A stretch of 64,000 nt of DNA, taken from Eledone cirrhosa (lineage: Eukaryota). Where the stretch lies: assembly GCA_964016885.1 (NCBI GenBank), contig OZ024741.1, forward strand, positions 332,940,001-333,004,000. Direction: 5' to 3'. The notes beneath the pieces are model-generated. The model saw only the letters and a list, made by a program, of their open reading frames with translations. It was not told the DNA's origin and searched no databases. The position numbers were made by a program, and so were the translations under genes. How positions within the stretch are numbered: position 1 is the stretch's first letter; every line of letters begins with the position of its first letter. Of the stretch, positions 27,581 through 39,376 are shown one piece after another.

Positions 27581-28033
27581 GACTTGTGACCTAGCAGGCT
27601 CATTAAAAGCTGGACAAAAATGTCTTGCAATATTTCATCTGGCTCTTTACGTTCTAATTTCAAATTCTACTGGGGTCAACATTGCCTTTCAAAAATTGCC
27701 TTTGATAAAATAAAGTAGCAGTTATGCACTGAGTCCAATTTAATCAACTTTTCTCTCTCCTTTAGTTATGTTCCTTTACATTCTGAGTTCAAATCCACCA
27801 AGCTCAATTCTGACTTTCATCCTTCCAAGGTTAGTGTTAGACTATCATCATCATAACAATCATCATCATTTAACATCTGTTTTTCCATGCTTGTATGGGT
27901 TAGATGGGTTGTCACCTTATGAGACAAGTCAGGTCTGGAGACCACATCTTGATCATATGGATCTGTATTTTGGGTTGGTTTCTATAGCTGGGAGTCCTTC
28001 CTAAAGCCAGTTTTATCCCACTAGTTTCCATCT

Positions 28034-28298
28034 TTAACTCTTTCATTTCCATATTTCTAATGAAAGACACTGCCTATCATTTTGAGATCGTTTTGAAAAT
28101 AATTAAGAATTAAAACAAAATTTCATAAAATTAGTAACATTTTCATTATTTATCTGGTATTTAGAGCATAACTTAACAAAGGTTCTTAGATAAAATTATG
28201 ATGGAAGGATTTTAGATAAATATAAACACTTCAAAATAAATAGCTTTGTATAATAGAACCTGAGGTAGTTTCCAGTAATTTGGTATGAAAAGGGTTAA
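28034..28298. mobile_element. Second TTAA MITE family (~260 bp); relatives ~22155-22620, 25515-25770, 30905-31140, 36104-36343, 36485-36760, 45065-45530, 63210-63360
   Basis: ttaac.ctttcattaccatatttctaatgaaa ... ggtatgaaaagggttaa with shared internal sequence. Confidence 0.7.
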
Positions 28299-28344
28299 AT
28301 CCTACCATGGGTGACTTCAATTTTCAATTTTCACACTCACAAGA

Positions 28345-28615
28345 CAATAAGGCCTAGTGGTAAGGGTGTTGGGTAATAATGATGTGGGTTCAATTCCTGG
28401 GCTGGGTTGTGTGTTGTGTTCTTGAGCAAAACACTTCATTTCATGTTGTTCCAGTATACTCAGCTGAAAATGAGTACCAGCAGTAGTTGGGAGTTTAACT
28501 CTGCAATGGTCTGACATCCTGTCCAGAGGGCAGTATTGTACTCTCAATCACTTATCGCAATGGAAACTGGGATAAGCACCGGCCCGATGAATCTGTGGGT
28601 TTCAAACAGACTTTA
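28345..28615 (+). mobile_element. CORE-SINE subfamily with a different tail; relatives at ~19505-19700(-), 38525-38760(+), 63405-63645(-)
   Basis: tRNA-like head, cttgagcaaaacacttcatttc core, tail ending cagacttt. Confidence 0.65.
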
Positions 28616-29221
28616 ATAGTATTTTAATCCATTTCATGTGATGGTGCATGGCTCAGTGGTTAGAGTATTGGGCTTACAACCATGATGCCAGTGATGTTGT
28701 CCTAAAGAAAGGCAAAGGTTGATGTAGCTTGACACCAGTGATTTTGTAAGTCATATAAATATTATATACACACAATATACTATATAGACATTATATACAC
28801 ACTATATACATTATATATACACTATATATGATTGTGTCCAAAGGAAAGGCAAAGAATTATGCAGTTTGACAATTGACTTTGCAAATAATTTCTACAGCTG
28901 AATAAACTGGAGCAATGGGAAATAAAGAGTCTTGCTCAAGGACACAATGCATCACCAGGGCTGATAATCGAACTCATACCCTCATGATGGTGAATCCAAC
29001 TTTCTAACCACTAAGCCATGTACCTTCACATACCTATGTATTTATATATTATATATTATATACATATGAATACATACATGTATATATATGTACATATATA
29101 TATATACATACATGTATATAATATATATATATATATATACATGCATGTATATATACATACATGTATATACATGTATATATACATACATGTATATATATAC
29201 ATACATGTATATATATATACA

Positions 29222-29830
29222 TGGTGGCTGCCAACTTGTTTTCGAGTATGGCCACTACTTTATATCCATGTAGGAGAACCCCTACCGATGCGCTAAACGA
29301 GTGTGACTTTTTAGTCCAGCCAGCGACTTGAAAACTCTGGTACAAACACTACACTTGTGACAATTATTGACAGATAGTGCTGGGCCCATGGTACCATGTA
29401 ATGACAAGTGCAGAGAGATCTCCAGATATAAAGCAATGCCCGTGCTGTGAAGCTTTTATAGTGAGCAAAGGCACTGCACAAAGCCAGTCCCACTCTCTTA
29501 ACCAAGATGATATTTACCAAAAAGAAGAACAAGTCAACATCATTGGATACCATCAGGGTTGCAGGTGTTATATCAGAGTTTTCCTTCTCCTAGAATTCTG
29601 CCTTGACAAAGGCTAAGGGGTCATCTCTCCCGGTGATTTTGGATGGCCATTGACTCTTAAGAGCTCCTTTTCCCTTTGACAGATTTTGTTTTTAGTCCTG
29701 CAGGATGTCCAAAGTCACCCACCTCACCAAGAAACCTTGGTGGGGTTGCCAGTTTAGTCGCCAACGACCCGACCATGGGACAAGTTGTACTGGGATACAT
29801 GTTACCAGTAGCACCAACTGGTGACCTGAT
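29222..29830 (-). mobile_element. Non-coding ~600 bp repeat resembling RTE 5' UTR-derived elements; copies at 33471-33660(+) and 51556-52045(+)
   Basis: Three collinear copies beginning caggtc...gtgctactggtaacatgta; contains ctaggagaaggaaaactctga motif typical of RTE 5' UTRs. Confidence 0.6.
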
Positions 29831-30031
29831 ACATACATGTATATATACATACATGTATATAATATATATATATATATACATACATGTATATAATATATAT
29901 ATATGGTTGCAATTAAATGCATCTGTAGGCAGTATGCCGTTTGAGCACTTGATGCTCGTGCAGAGCAGAGTATATTATTATAGATAACGAGGAATGTTTT
30001 GAATCGGATGGAATGCTTTGAATACACAAGA

Positions 30032-30121
30032 CGTATCTGAGGAACTTGCAAATGCAGAGTGGGGTTCGATCTGTAACAGATCCTGCTTTGAGCTGATTGA
30101 CGGAGAAATATATGTAATATG
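30032..30121 (+). ncRNA. Hammerhead-like motif with long stem II (possibly decayed)
   Basis: Stem I cgtat/atatg; CTGAGGA 30037-30043; GAAA 30105-30108; tatatg-TA; base of stem II poorly paired, distal hairpin well paired. Confidence 0.5.
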
Positions 30122-31687
30122 AGAATAAATTGTGTTTTGATGTATTACTGATTCCTCGTTATCCATAATATATATATATGTATATGTATATGTGTGTGTG
30201 GATATATATATATATATACACTCATGAACACACAGACATATGTATTCCCTCTTTAACATCCATTTGTCTGTGCTAGAATAGGTTGAACAAAATGTTCAGT
30301 AGAGCATATTGCTACACATTTTGATCATGTTTTAATCTCCTTTGAGGCGGAACACCCTGATAACTGATCTCACCACCTCTTCTGTTTTCACTAACTCTTA
30401 CTCTGATTACTCTTACCTTACAGTACACAACCCTTTTTATATTTGGCCCTCACCAACCTTTATTCAACATTGTGTCTCCTTATCAGTCTGGTCATCTCTT
30501 TTTCCATCAATGCCCAACAAAACACTCGCCTCATTTTAGCTTCCCCACTTTTCATGCAATATACACATTTACATCCAATAACCTTGCACCATTACACATC
30601 CCATATATCATTCTCAGTTTCTTTTCTCTCTCTTTTTCTAATCTCTGCAGATCACCCATCACCACCACCACCACCAGCACAACCACCAGCACTACCACCA
30701 TTTTCACCCAACATCAACACCACCATCATCTTCACAGCCATCATCACCACCATTGTAACCATCACCATCACTATTCAATACCCATTTCTCACTACCATTC
30801 AATATCATTTTTCTAACAATCATAAAATGATTGAGCTTTTATATGGCCTCTTGACCTGCTAGAAATATCAGCCTAATCTCCCTCAAATCAGACCTCACTC
30901 TCTTTAACCCTTTCATTATCCTATTTTTCATGAAATAAGTTATATTTGAATAAATTGCTGAAATATTTGAAGGTATTTACTAAAATTATTCCATTTATTA
31001 AGATGGTGTTTTTAATATAACAAAAGGTTCATATATAAAGTTTCATTGGAAGATTTTAACTTAAATCAGAATCATTTAAAATGGATGGTTTTGTTCCATA
31101 GCAACAGAGGTGGTTTGGGGTTTGGAGTGGGATAGAATTGAAAGGAATAACAAGGAAGGGCATACTGGATTGCGTATAGTTTTGTAAGCATGTGGTCCTG
31201 TAACTCCTGAAAGAAACGTAGGTGCTCTGTATTAACAGTGTTCCTAGGGATTTTTTTTAAAACCTGGCAGAGTTCATTTCCTCTGCAGGTCTGAATACAG
31301 CAGTTTTTTCCAGAGAAGGATAGAGAGTGAGAGAAAGGATGTGAGAAAAAGATATGGAGGAAGAATCAACCCCAGTACTAGATTGATACTTTATTTATCG
31401 ACCTCGAATGGATGAAAAGCAAAATGATCTCAGTGGGATTTGAACTCAGAGAGCAAAAATGAATACCACAAATCATTCTGTCTAATATTCTAACGACTGT
31501 GCCAATGCCCCACCTGGTTTTAGAGTAATTTGAATAACCTTAAAAAGAACTCCTTGGCCATCTATTCATGCCCTTCACCGACATATAATTTCCACATTGC
31601 TGACCAAACTATAAAGCAGAAAACTGTTAAAAATTATGTTTCAGTTCATTCATTGAAATCCTTTCCAGATGCAAACCATTTTGGGAT

Positions 31688-31754
<67 letters not shown>

Positions 31755-32002
31755 GGGAAGAAGTGCCAGGAAATCCCAGTAGAAGGAAGCCGCATTACAG
31801 GAAGATCAAGAAAGAACTGGGCAGAGGTTGTAAAAGCTGACCTCAAATCACTGAGACTCACAGAGGAGATGACGAAGGAATGTGGCAAATGGAAAGATGC
31901 TGCAGTGAGAAGGACCCATCCAACCTATGCAAGCGTGGAAAAATGGACGTAAAAATGATGATGATGATGATGACAATATATATATGTATATGTACATATA
32001 TA

Positions 32003-32052
<50 letters not shown>

Positions 32053-33428
32053 CATAAATACATATATATATATATATACACACATACACAGAAACGTGAG
32101 TGTGTCTGTATATATATATATATACATACAAACACACATGAGTGTGTCTGTGTGTCTATTTAGTGTCCCTTTGTCATCTTGTATCACATAACTTTGTGGT
32201 TTGACAAGCAGAAATCAATAAAATATCTAGCAACCTGAAATAGGTACTAGAATTAATATGATTGTATGATCAAGTAAAACCCTTGAAGGTAGTACCAGCC
32301 CTGACATTTACCACACACTGACCGATGACTGAAACCAGAGAAAGAATACAAGAATATCAATCAAAATACCTAAGAAATCAATGACTGGACTGATATTCAA
32401 TACTACCAGAACGTTCTACGATAGTATTTAAATCGAAAATCTGCCAGCCACTTTCAACAGAATACTGTGAAGAAAAAGTAAACATGTTTTGTTGTTTTGC
32501 ATGTAACCTCAGACAGAATTTACAAAATTTAACTAAGTAAACACTACTACATCATATTATAAGCATATGGTTAACTTGTAGTTAGTATCAAAACAACATT
32601 CTGCAAGTAAAAAATATTAAAAACAAATAACAAAAAAATAAAATCTAGAAAACACGAAGCAACATTAACAATGTTTTGTTGTTTTTTAAATATAGTAAAA
32701 AAAAAATAGAACCCAAACTTTGTTAGATAATACGATTCCAAATTTGAAATTTGAAATTCTTTTTCATGGTGAAAAACAAAACTATCAGAGAATATAATTC
32801 AAAATTGGAAGGTTACATAAGATAACAATGTTTCATAGAAGCATATGGCAACCAATATGAATTGGACATTGTATGTATGTTTGTTTGTCTGTACATGTGT
32901 ATGTGTGTGTATATATATATATATGTATATGAGTATGTGTGTGTATGTATGTATACCTAACTTTATAGAAACACATGGTAGCTGATATAAATTGGATATT
33001 GTGTGAATGTGTGTTTATTTGTGCACATGTGTGTGTATGGAGGTATATGTATATATATATATATATATATATACTAACCCAAGCTAGCATGGAAAATGGA
33101 CGTTAAACGAAGATGATGATGATGATGATATATATATATGTGTGTATAATATATATACATATGTATATGTATATATGTATATGTGTGTGTGTGTATATAT
33201 AAACATATATATGTATATGAATGTGTATATATATATATATAAATACCTTCCTTTATAGAAACACATGGCATCCAATATGAATTGGATATTGTGTGTATAT
33301 GTGTTTGCTTGTACATGCATGTGTATGTGCATTTGTTTGTCTATGTGTGTATGAATGTATGTATGTATATGTGTGTATATATATATGTGTTTGTGTATAT
33401 ATATATGTGTGTGCATGGGTATAGATAC

Positions 33429-33464
<36 letters not shown>

Positions 33465-33722
33465 GTGTGTCAGGTCACTCTTGAGTGCTACTGGTAACAT
33501 GTAAACCAGTACAATCTGTCGCATGGTCAGGCCGTCGGCGACTAAACTGGCAACCCCACCAAGTTTACTTGGTGAGGAGGGTGATTTTGGACACCCTGCA
33601 GGACAAAAAACAAAACCTGACAAAGGGTGGAAGAACTGATAAGAGTCAACGGCCATCTAAAAATGTGAAAATATGTATATACACATGTACATATGTATGT
33701 GTATGTATATACGCGTGTATAT

Positions 33723-34296
33723 GCCTGGGGTGTCAGGGAGGAGCATGTACCTCTGTAGGGGGGTTAGCCATGCCCTTTCCAGGACAGCTCGTCCTGCATT
33801 GGGTCCCACCTGACACTCAGCTCTCACAGGTGGCCCCAAGAAGCTGTATCATGCGATAGTGGCCACCCCCTGGTATACCGCCTTGGCTGGCGGGCCAAAC
33901 CAGGTTGAGGGTAGCCGGATGGGTCTGAAACCCCCCGGTGAGTTAGATAGGGGATCCTTGCCCCTGCATGCGAAGACTGGACCCGGAGGAGTGAGTGGAG
34001 GAGGACAACATCGTCCCAACAGTCACAAAGGTGGCGACAGCAAGCGGTGTGGAGCGCTAGGGCACAGCAAGGCACTACAGATGTCGTGGCCATCCACTGC
34101 AGCCAAGGAAGTCCCTTGTCGTGACAGTCCTCAGTACCACCGGATTCTGGCTTCTGCGGTTGAGTGAGTGGGACCGTCACTGTGCACTGGCCCTCCCTCT
34201 ATAAACCTTTCCCGCACAGGTCTCTTCTTTAGCATGCACTCCCAAAGCCCTGCGCCGATCAAGAAGATGTCATCATCGTTTACGATGGACAACCAA
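33723..34296 (+). mobile_element. GC-rich non-coding insert resembling an RTE 5' UTR (AviRTE/BovB-like)
   Basis: Sharp GC-rich island between TA tracts; ggcgggccaaaccagg.gagggtagccg.atgggtct.aaacc and catgcgaagac motifs recalled from RTE 5' UTRs. Confidence 0.5.
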
Positions 34297-34437
34297 TATA
34301 TATATATATGTATACATGCCAACACAAGAGCAAGAATGAGGCGCTCATTCTACTGATGTGGCTTTAAAAATGAGGCTTGTTTGCATAATTGCGAACAAAT
34401 CGAATATTATTATTCATATTCGAAAAACTCAGATTAC

Positions 34438-34487
<50 letters not shown>

Positions 34488-34501
34488 GTATATATATATA
34501 C

Positions 34502-34535
<34 letters not shown>

Positions 34536-35420
34536 GTAATCTGAGTTTTTAGAATATGAATAATAATTGTTTCTACTTTAGGCACAAGGCCAGCAATTAC
34601 CCAGTGCATTACTGGTACTTTATGAATAATAATATCCGATATATATATGTATGTATGTATATATATATATGTATAATAGTTAGGGTCAAATGATATAACA
34701 AGTTACACAAGTAAGTTGTCGTTCATATTGTAACTGCAATTGATAAAATAAAAACAAATTATTTTGTAAAATCTATTAAAAAAAATAACATTTTTCATGT
34801 TTCAATTACAAGTAGCTCTGTGTGTTGTTTATGAGGAATATTATCCCAAACCAATCATAAATTCTGTTTCAATCACAAATTGCTTAAACTTTGATATCGA
34901 CTCTATGACTCTATGTTTATCTTGCAGAACCAAAAAAAAAAAATAATAATAATAATAGTAATAATAATAATAATAATAATGATAAGAAGAAGAATAATAA
35001 ATGAATATGAATAAAATAAATAAATAAATGAATATAATATAAGATTTATTTCAATTTTCACATATATCCGAAAGTAATTTTTCACTGGAAAATTTGTTTA
35101 CCAACTCTGACAAGTATTATGTTTTACAATATGTTTTCATATTATTGAACGTAATGTTCTGCAGTGCCACCAGCTTTGATATGATATACTTTAATAGAGA
35201 TATAATGATTTACTATTGTTGTGTCTAACTGCAGAATTCTGCTGGGGAAAAACGCCCACTCATGATCTCCCGATAATTTAGTTAACTCTTTTGAGACCAA
35301 CACTATCCTGCCCCAAAAAGGAAAAAAAAAAAAAATGAGATTTAAAACAAATGTGGTTTCTTTGAAGAGTTTACTTTGCAGTTAAGAGAATCACAACTTT
35401 AATATTACAGGTATGTGATT

Positions 35421-35975
35421 GGTTAGAATAGGGTTCCTCTGAAAGGTCTTTGGAGTAATGTTATTTGATATAGTGCGGTGGATTGGCAGTATCAGTAGAG
35501 GGTCACGCCATGCTTTCCAGCATAGTTACGTCCCTTTACGATCTGAGTTCAGATCCTGCCGAGCTTGACTTTGCCTTTCATCCTTACGGGGTCTATAAAA
35601 TAAAGTACCAGTAATGCACTGATAATTGCTGGCCTTGTGCCTAAAGTAGAGACAGTTATTTGATATAGTGCATAGATCGGAGATAAGAGAGCCACTCCAG
35701 GTAGTGCTGCTACTTCTCTAGATTGAAACATCACAGCTCTGATTCTACGGACATGTGGTTAGAATAGGGTTCCTCTGAAGGGTCTTTAGAGTTTGGAGAC
35801 CCAGAGGTAGACCCTGAGCAAGATGATTGGATAACATCCATGAGCTCAGCTGGTCTTGCTTGGAGATCCAGCCACATCAATTGGAGCTGGTTGTATCTCA
35901 CAGGAGCTACTGGGAGGCATGTTTGAAGACCCTACCCCCCACAACACTCTCAGGAATAAGTGTGAGAAGAAGAAG
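35421..35975 (+). mobile_element. Rearranged fragment of the same Rex3-like RTE, interrupted by a SINE
   Basis: Nucleotide similarity to 5880-6140 (gggttcctctgaa.ggtct.tggagtaatgtta, ttggataacatccatgagct). Confidence 0.65.
35477..35654 (+). mobile_element. SINE insertion with 17-bp target-site duplication
   Basis: gttatttgatatagtgc at 35460-35476 and 35655-35671. Confidence 0.9.
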
Positions 35976-36991
35976 TTATTTATATATTGTTCAACTTTAT
36001 TAGTTATAGTGGCATGTAGCAATCTTGAAATGGAAATGTGATTGTAAATGCCAATATTTATTTCATATAAGATAGAGAATATTTAATAAAGTCTACATAT
36101 TGTTTAACCCTTTTGATACTAACATGTCCAAAACTAGCTTCAGTTCTGTGAAACAAAACCAACCATTTCAAAGTGTTCCAACTTAAATTAAAACTTTCCT
36201 ACATAATTTTATTTAAGAATATTTTATTATGTTACAAATACCATCTTAATAAAATTATAATTTCAGTAAATCCTTCTAAAACCCTTCAATAATTAATTAA
36301 AATACAAAGTATCTCATTAGAAATACAGTAAGGAAAAGGTTAAACTGTGATATATTCATAAACAATGAAATATTTGAGAAACAAATTGATAAGGAAGCTC
36401 ATCAGTGGAACTTTTCCTGTTGTTCCAGGGTGGTAAACTTGATTTGTGGTCCACTTCAACACCTCCACATGGCTTTGGGTGCTTTTAACTCTTTTGGTAC
36501 CATATTTCTAATGAAAGACACTGCATATGATTTTAAAATTATTTTGAAAACCATTAAGAGTTTAAAAGGATTTAGTAATGGTATAACAAACATTTTCATT
36601 ATTAAGTTGGTGTTTGGAGCATAACTTAACAAAGATTCTTACATAAAATTATGATGGAAGGTTTTTAGATAAATATAAACACCATAAAATAAATCAGTTG
36701 TAATGATGGAATGTCGTAGATAAATAAAAACACTTGAAAGCAAATATTTTTGTATCATAGTATAGGGTTTGGCTGAAAGGTTCATACGCTGACCAAGATA
36801 CTCTCATGGAATGACCAAATGAGATTTATTTTCCAACATAGTCCCTGGAAAATGATAATGCAGTTAACAGTAAGAGTTGAAATCAATGTATGAAAGATTC
36901 CACAGCACTAGCATCATTTCTTCATAGTAAGCCTATGAGCTTTTCAACCTACCCTCATGTGTGTGTGTGTGCGTATATATATATATATATG

Positions 36992-37443
36992 ATGAAGGCA
37001 CATGGCTTAGTGGTTATAGCATTGGGCTTGCAATTGAAAGGTTGCGAGTTCAATTCTCGGACCGAGTGATGTGTTGTTTCCTTAAGCAAAACACTTTATT
37101 TCACATTGCTCCAGTTTACTCAGCTGTAGAAATGAGATGATAGGGACTGGGGTCCCTATCATTCCACTGCAAAGTGGTCATGGAGGTGCCACAGCAAAAA
37201 AGCACCCAGCCCACACTGTAAAGTGGACGTGTAGACGCCATGGAAAAAAAGCACCCAGCACTCACTGTAAATGAGGTTGGTGTTAGGAAGGGCATCCAGC
37301 TGTAGAAATCAAGCCAGAATCAGTTCCCGTATGAGCAAGACAAGGTCAGCCGACTGGACACTGCCCACAACAGGACAACCCGTCTAACACATGCTAGCGT
37401 AGAAGAACGGACGTAAAACGGTGATGATGATGATGATGATGAT
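36992..37443 (+). mobile_element. CORE-type SINE, full length
   Basis: tRNA-like head, CORE, RTE tail, (GAT)n; partial relatives at ~440-800, 4381-4525, 16752-16980, 18560-18985, 20095-20510(-), 27850-28000(-). Confidence 0.85.
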
Positions 37444-37523
37444 ATATACATATCTATCCAGGAAACACTTGAACCGTTAAGATCTCCTTCCTGGATATGT
37501 CAATATTTATAAAACAAACTTTG

Positions 37524-37584
37524 TATTTTATCTGATGAGAGCATACCAAAGTGTTGGTACCCTTGAAATATATATAATAAAATA
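37524..37584 (+). ncRNA. Type I hammerhead ribozyme
   Basis: Stem I tattttat/ataaaata (8 bp); CTGATGA 37532-37538; stem II gag/ctt with inner tacca/tggta; GAAA 37565-37568; stem III ATATATAT; cleavage after A37576. Confidence 0.85.
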
Positions 37585-37770
37585 AATATTGTTTTATAAA
37601 TATAGTTTCCATTTATTAATATCATTGATATATATATGTATATATTCTGGATATATCTATATATCCAGAATATATATCCAGAATATATATATATATTCAG
37701 AAATAGCCGTCGAAACGTCTTGAGCTCTGCCGTCGGGGTCTTGAAAATTTTCCTATATATATATATATAT

Positions 37771-37960
37771 ATGAAGGTCAGCTGAGAGGTTCATAGGCTG
37801 ACCAAGATACTCTCATGGAATGACCGAATGAGGTTTATTTTTCAACATAGTTCCCTGAAAGAAACAAGTTATTAATAAGAGTTAAAATTAATACATGCAA
37901 GATTTCACAGCTTTAGCATCACTCCTTCATAGCCTATGAACTTTTCAGTCAACTCTCATA
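37771..37960. mobile_element. Mariner-type MITE (~190 bp); relatives at ~20700-21028, 36762-36958 and split copy 39270-39376/43140-43230
   Basis: Imperfect TIRs ctgaaaagttcataggct / agcctatgaacttttcag, shared interior gaccaagatactctcatggaatgacc. Confidence 0.7.
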
Positions 37961-39376
37961 GCAGGAGCAGTTTCTGGCAGGCTGGTATCAAGAGAGTTAA
38001 TGGAATCCACTCTGTTACATGTATTTGATGTAGCTCTCTAGATTGATAGCATCTTCCTTCATCCTACCAATCATGGGGAATTGTAGAGGAGTTGTGAGTC
38101 TTACTTTTCCTTTGTCTGTAAGTATGATTTGTAACTCCTGAGGGAGTCATAGGGCACTATCATGTCATACTGCATATCTTGGTATTTTTAAACCTGGTGG
38201 AGCCTATCTCCTCTCTAAGTCTGAACACAGCTGATTTCTTCCAGAGATGGGGTGAGAATGATAGAAATGTCTGGCTCCATGTGGTTTCAGTTTTTCAATT
38301 TATCACATATATGATCCATCACTTCATTACAAAAGTATTTTATTCATCATTATTGATCATTGATAGTAGCAGACAGACACAATCCTTTCCAACCCTCAGG
38401 TGATGTCATCCAGCCATCAGCAGAATTTATATCCCTAAGTGCAATTTGATCATCTCAGAATGCAAAGAGCTAGGTAGATACTGCAAGGCATCTTATCCTG
38501 TGCTTTAAACAATTTCTCCAACCTACTGGCCTAGTGGTAAGTGTGTTTGACTTACGATCATAACATCGTGGGTTTGATTCCTGGACTAGGTTGGGTATTG
38601 TGTTCTTGAGCACATGCTGCTCCAGTATACTCAGCTCAAAATGAATACCAGCAATAACTGATGTCCTATCTAGGGTGAAGTCTTGAACTCTCAGTTGTTT
38701 AACACTACAGAAACTGAGATAAGCATCAGCCTCATGAGCCTCCAGGCTCGAGACAGACTTTAGTTTTTTTTTAGAGTAGCCCAGACTTGTACTTTATTTA
38801 TCAACCCAAAGAAAATGAAAGGCAAAGTTAACCTCGGTGGAATTTGAACTGAGAATGCAAAGCAGTAAAATAAATATTGGAAGGAATTTTATTTGACACT
38901 CTAACAACTTTGATAATTTGCCACCTTTAATATAGTGTTGTTTCAGTCATGCTATTTTAAACTGCAATAGAGCAATGATTTATTATCAATCATTTTGATA
39001 TTACATTAAACTGAAAATATAGTTCTGCTGTGTCTGTCTATCTCTCACCACATTAATCAGTCAGTCATAATGTTGGGCTGCACTATAAATAAACAAATGT
39101 TAAATGAGAAAAATAATGGGCTACATGATGTGTCAGTACATTAATTGACTTTTATGTGTTAGTCTAGCATATCATTCTTGGACTCTTTTACTAGTTTCAG
39201 TCATTAGACTACGACCAAGTTGGAGCACTGCCTTGAAGGAACTTTGGCATTCATAACAACACCATCACTTATGAAAAGTTCATAAGCTGACCAAGATACT
39301 CTCATAGAATGACGAAAGGAGGTTTATTTTTTAAAATAGTCTCTAGAAGGAAACAATGCAGTTATTAATAAGAAGA

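Noticed and set aside
27163-27663. His-rich and Asp/Gly-rich ORFs
   Set aside because: Open on both strands because of a CAT/CAC trinucleotide tract; one end runs into a SINE.
33485-34356. Several 60-124 aa ORFs in the GC-rich island
   Set aside because: Overlapping on both strands with no recognisable domain; explained by GC content.
34365-34410. Hairpin ttgtttgc/gcgaacaa followed by gaat as a possible hammerhead
   Set aside because: Both core boxes deviate.
36992-37065. tRNA-like sequence with A and B boxes
   Set aside because: SINE head: acceptor stem not formed and it continues into CORE and LINE-derived tail.
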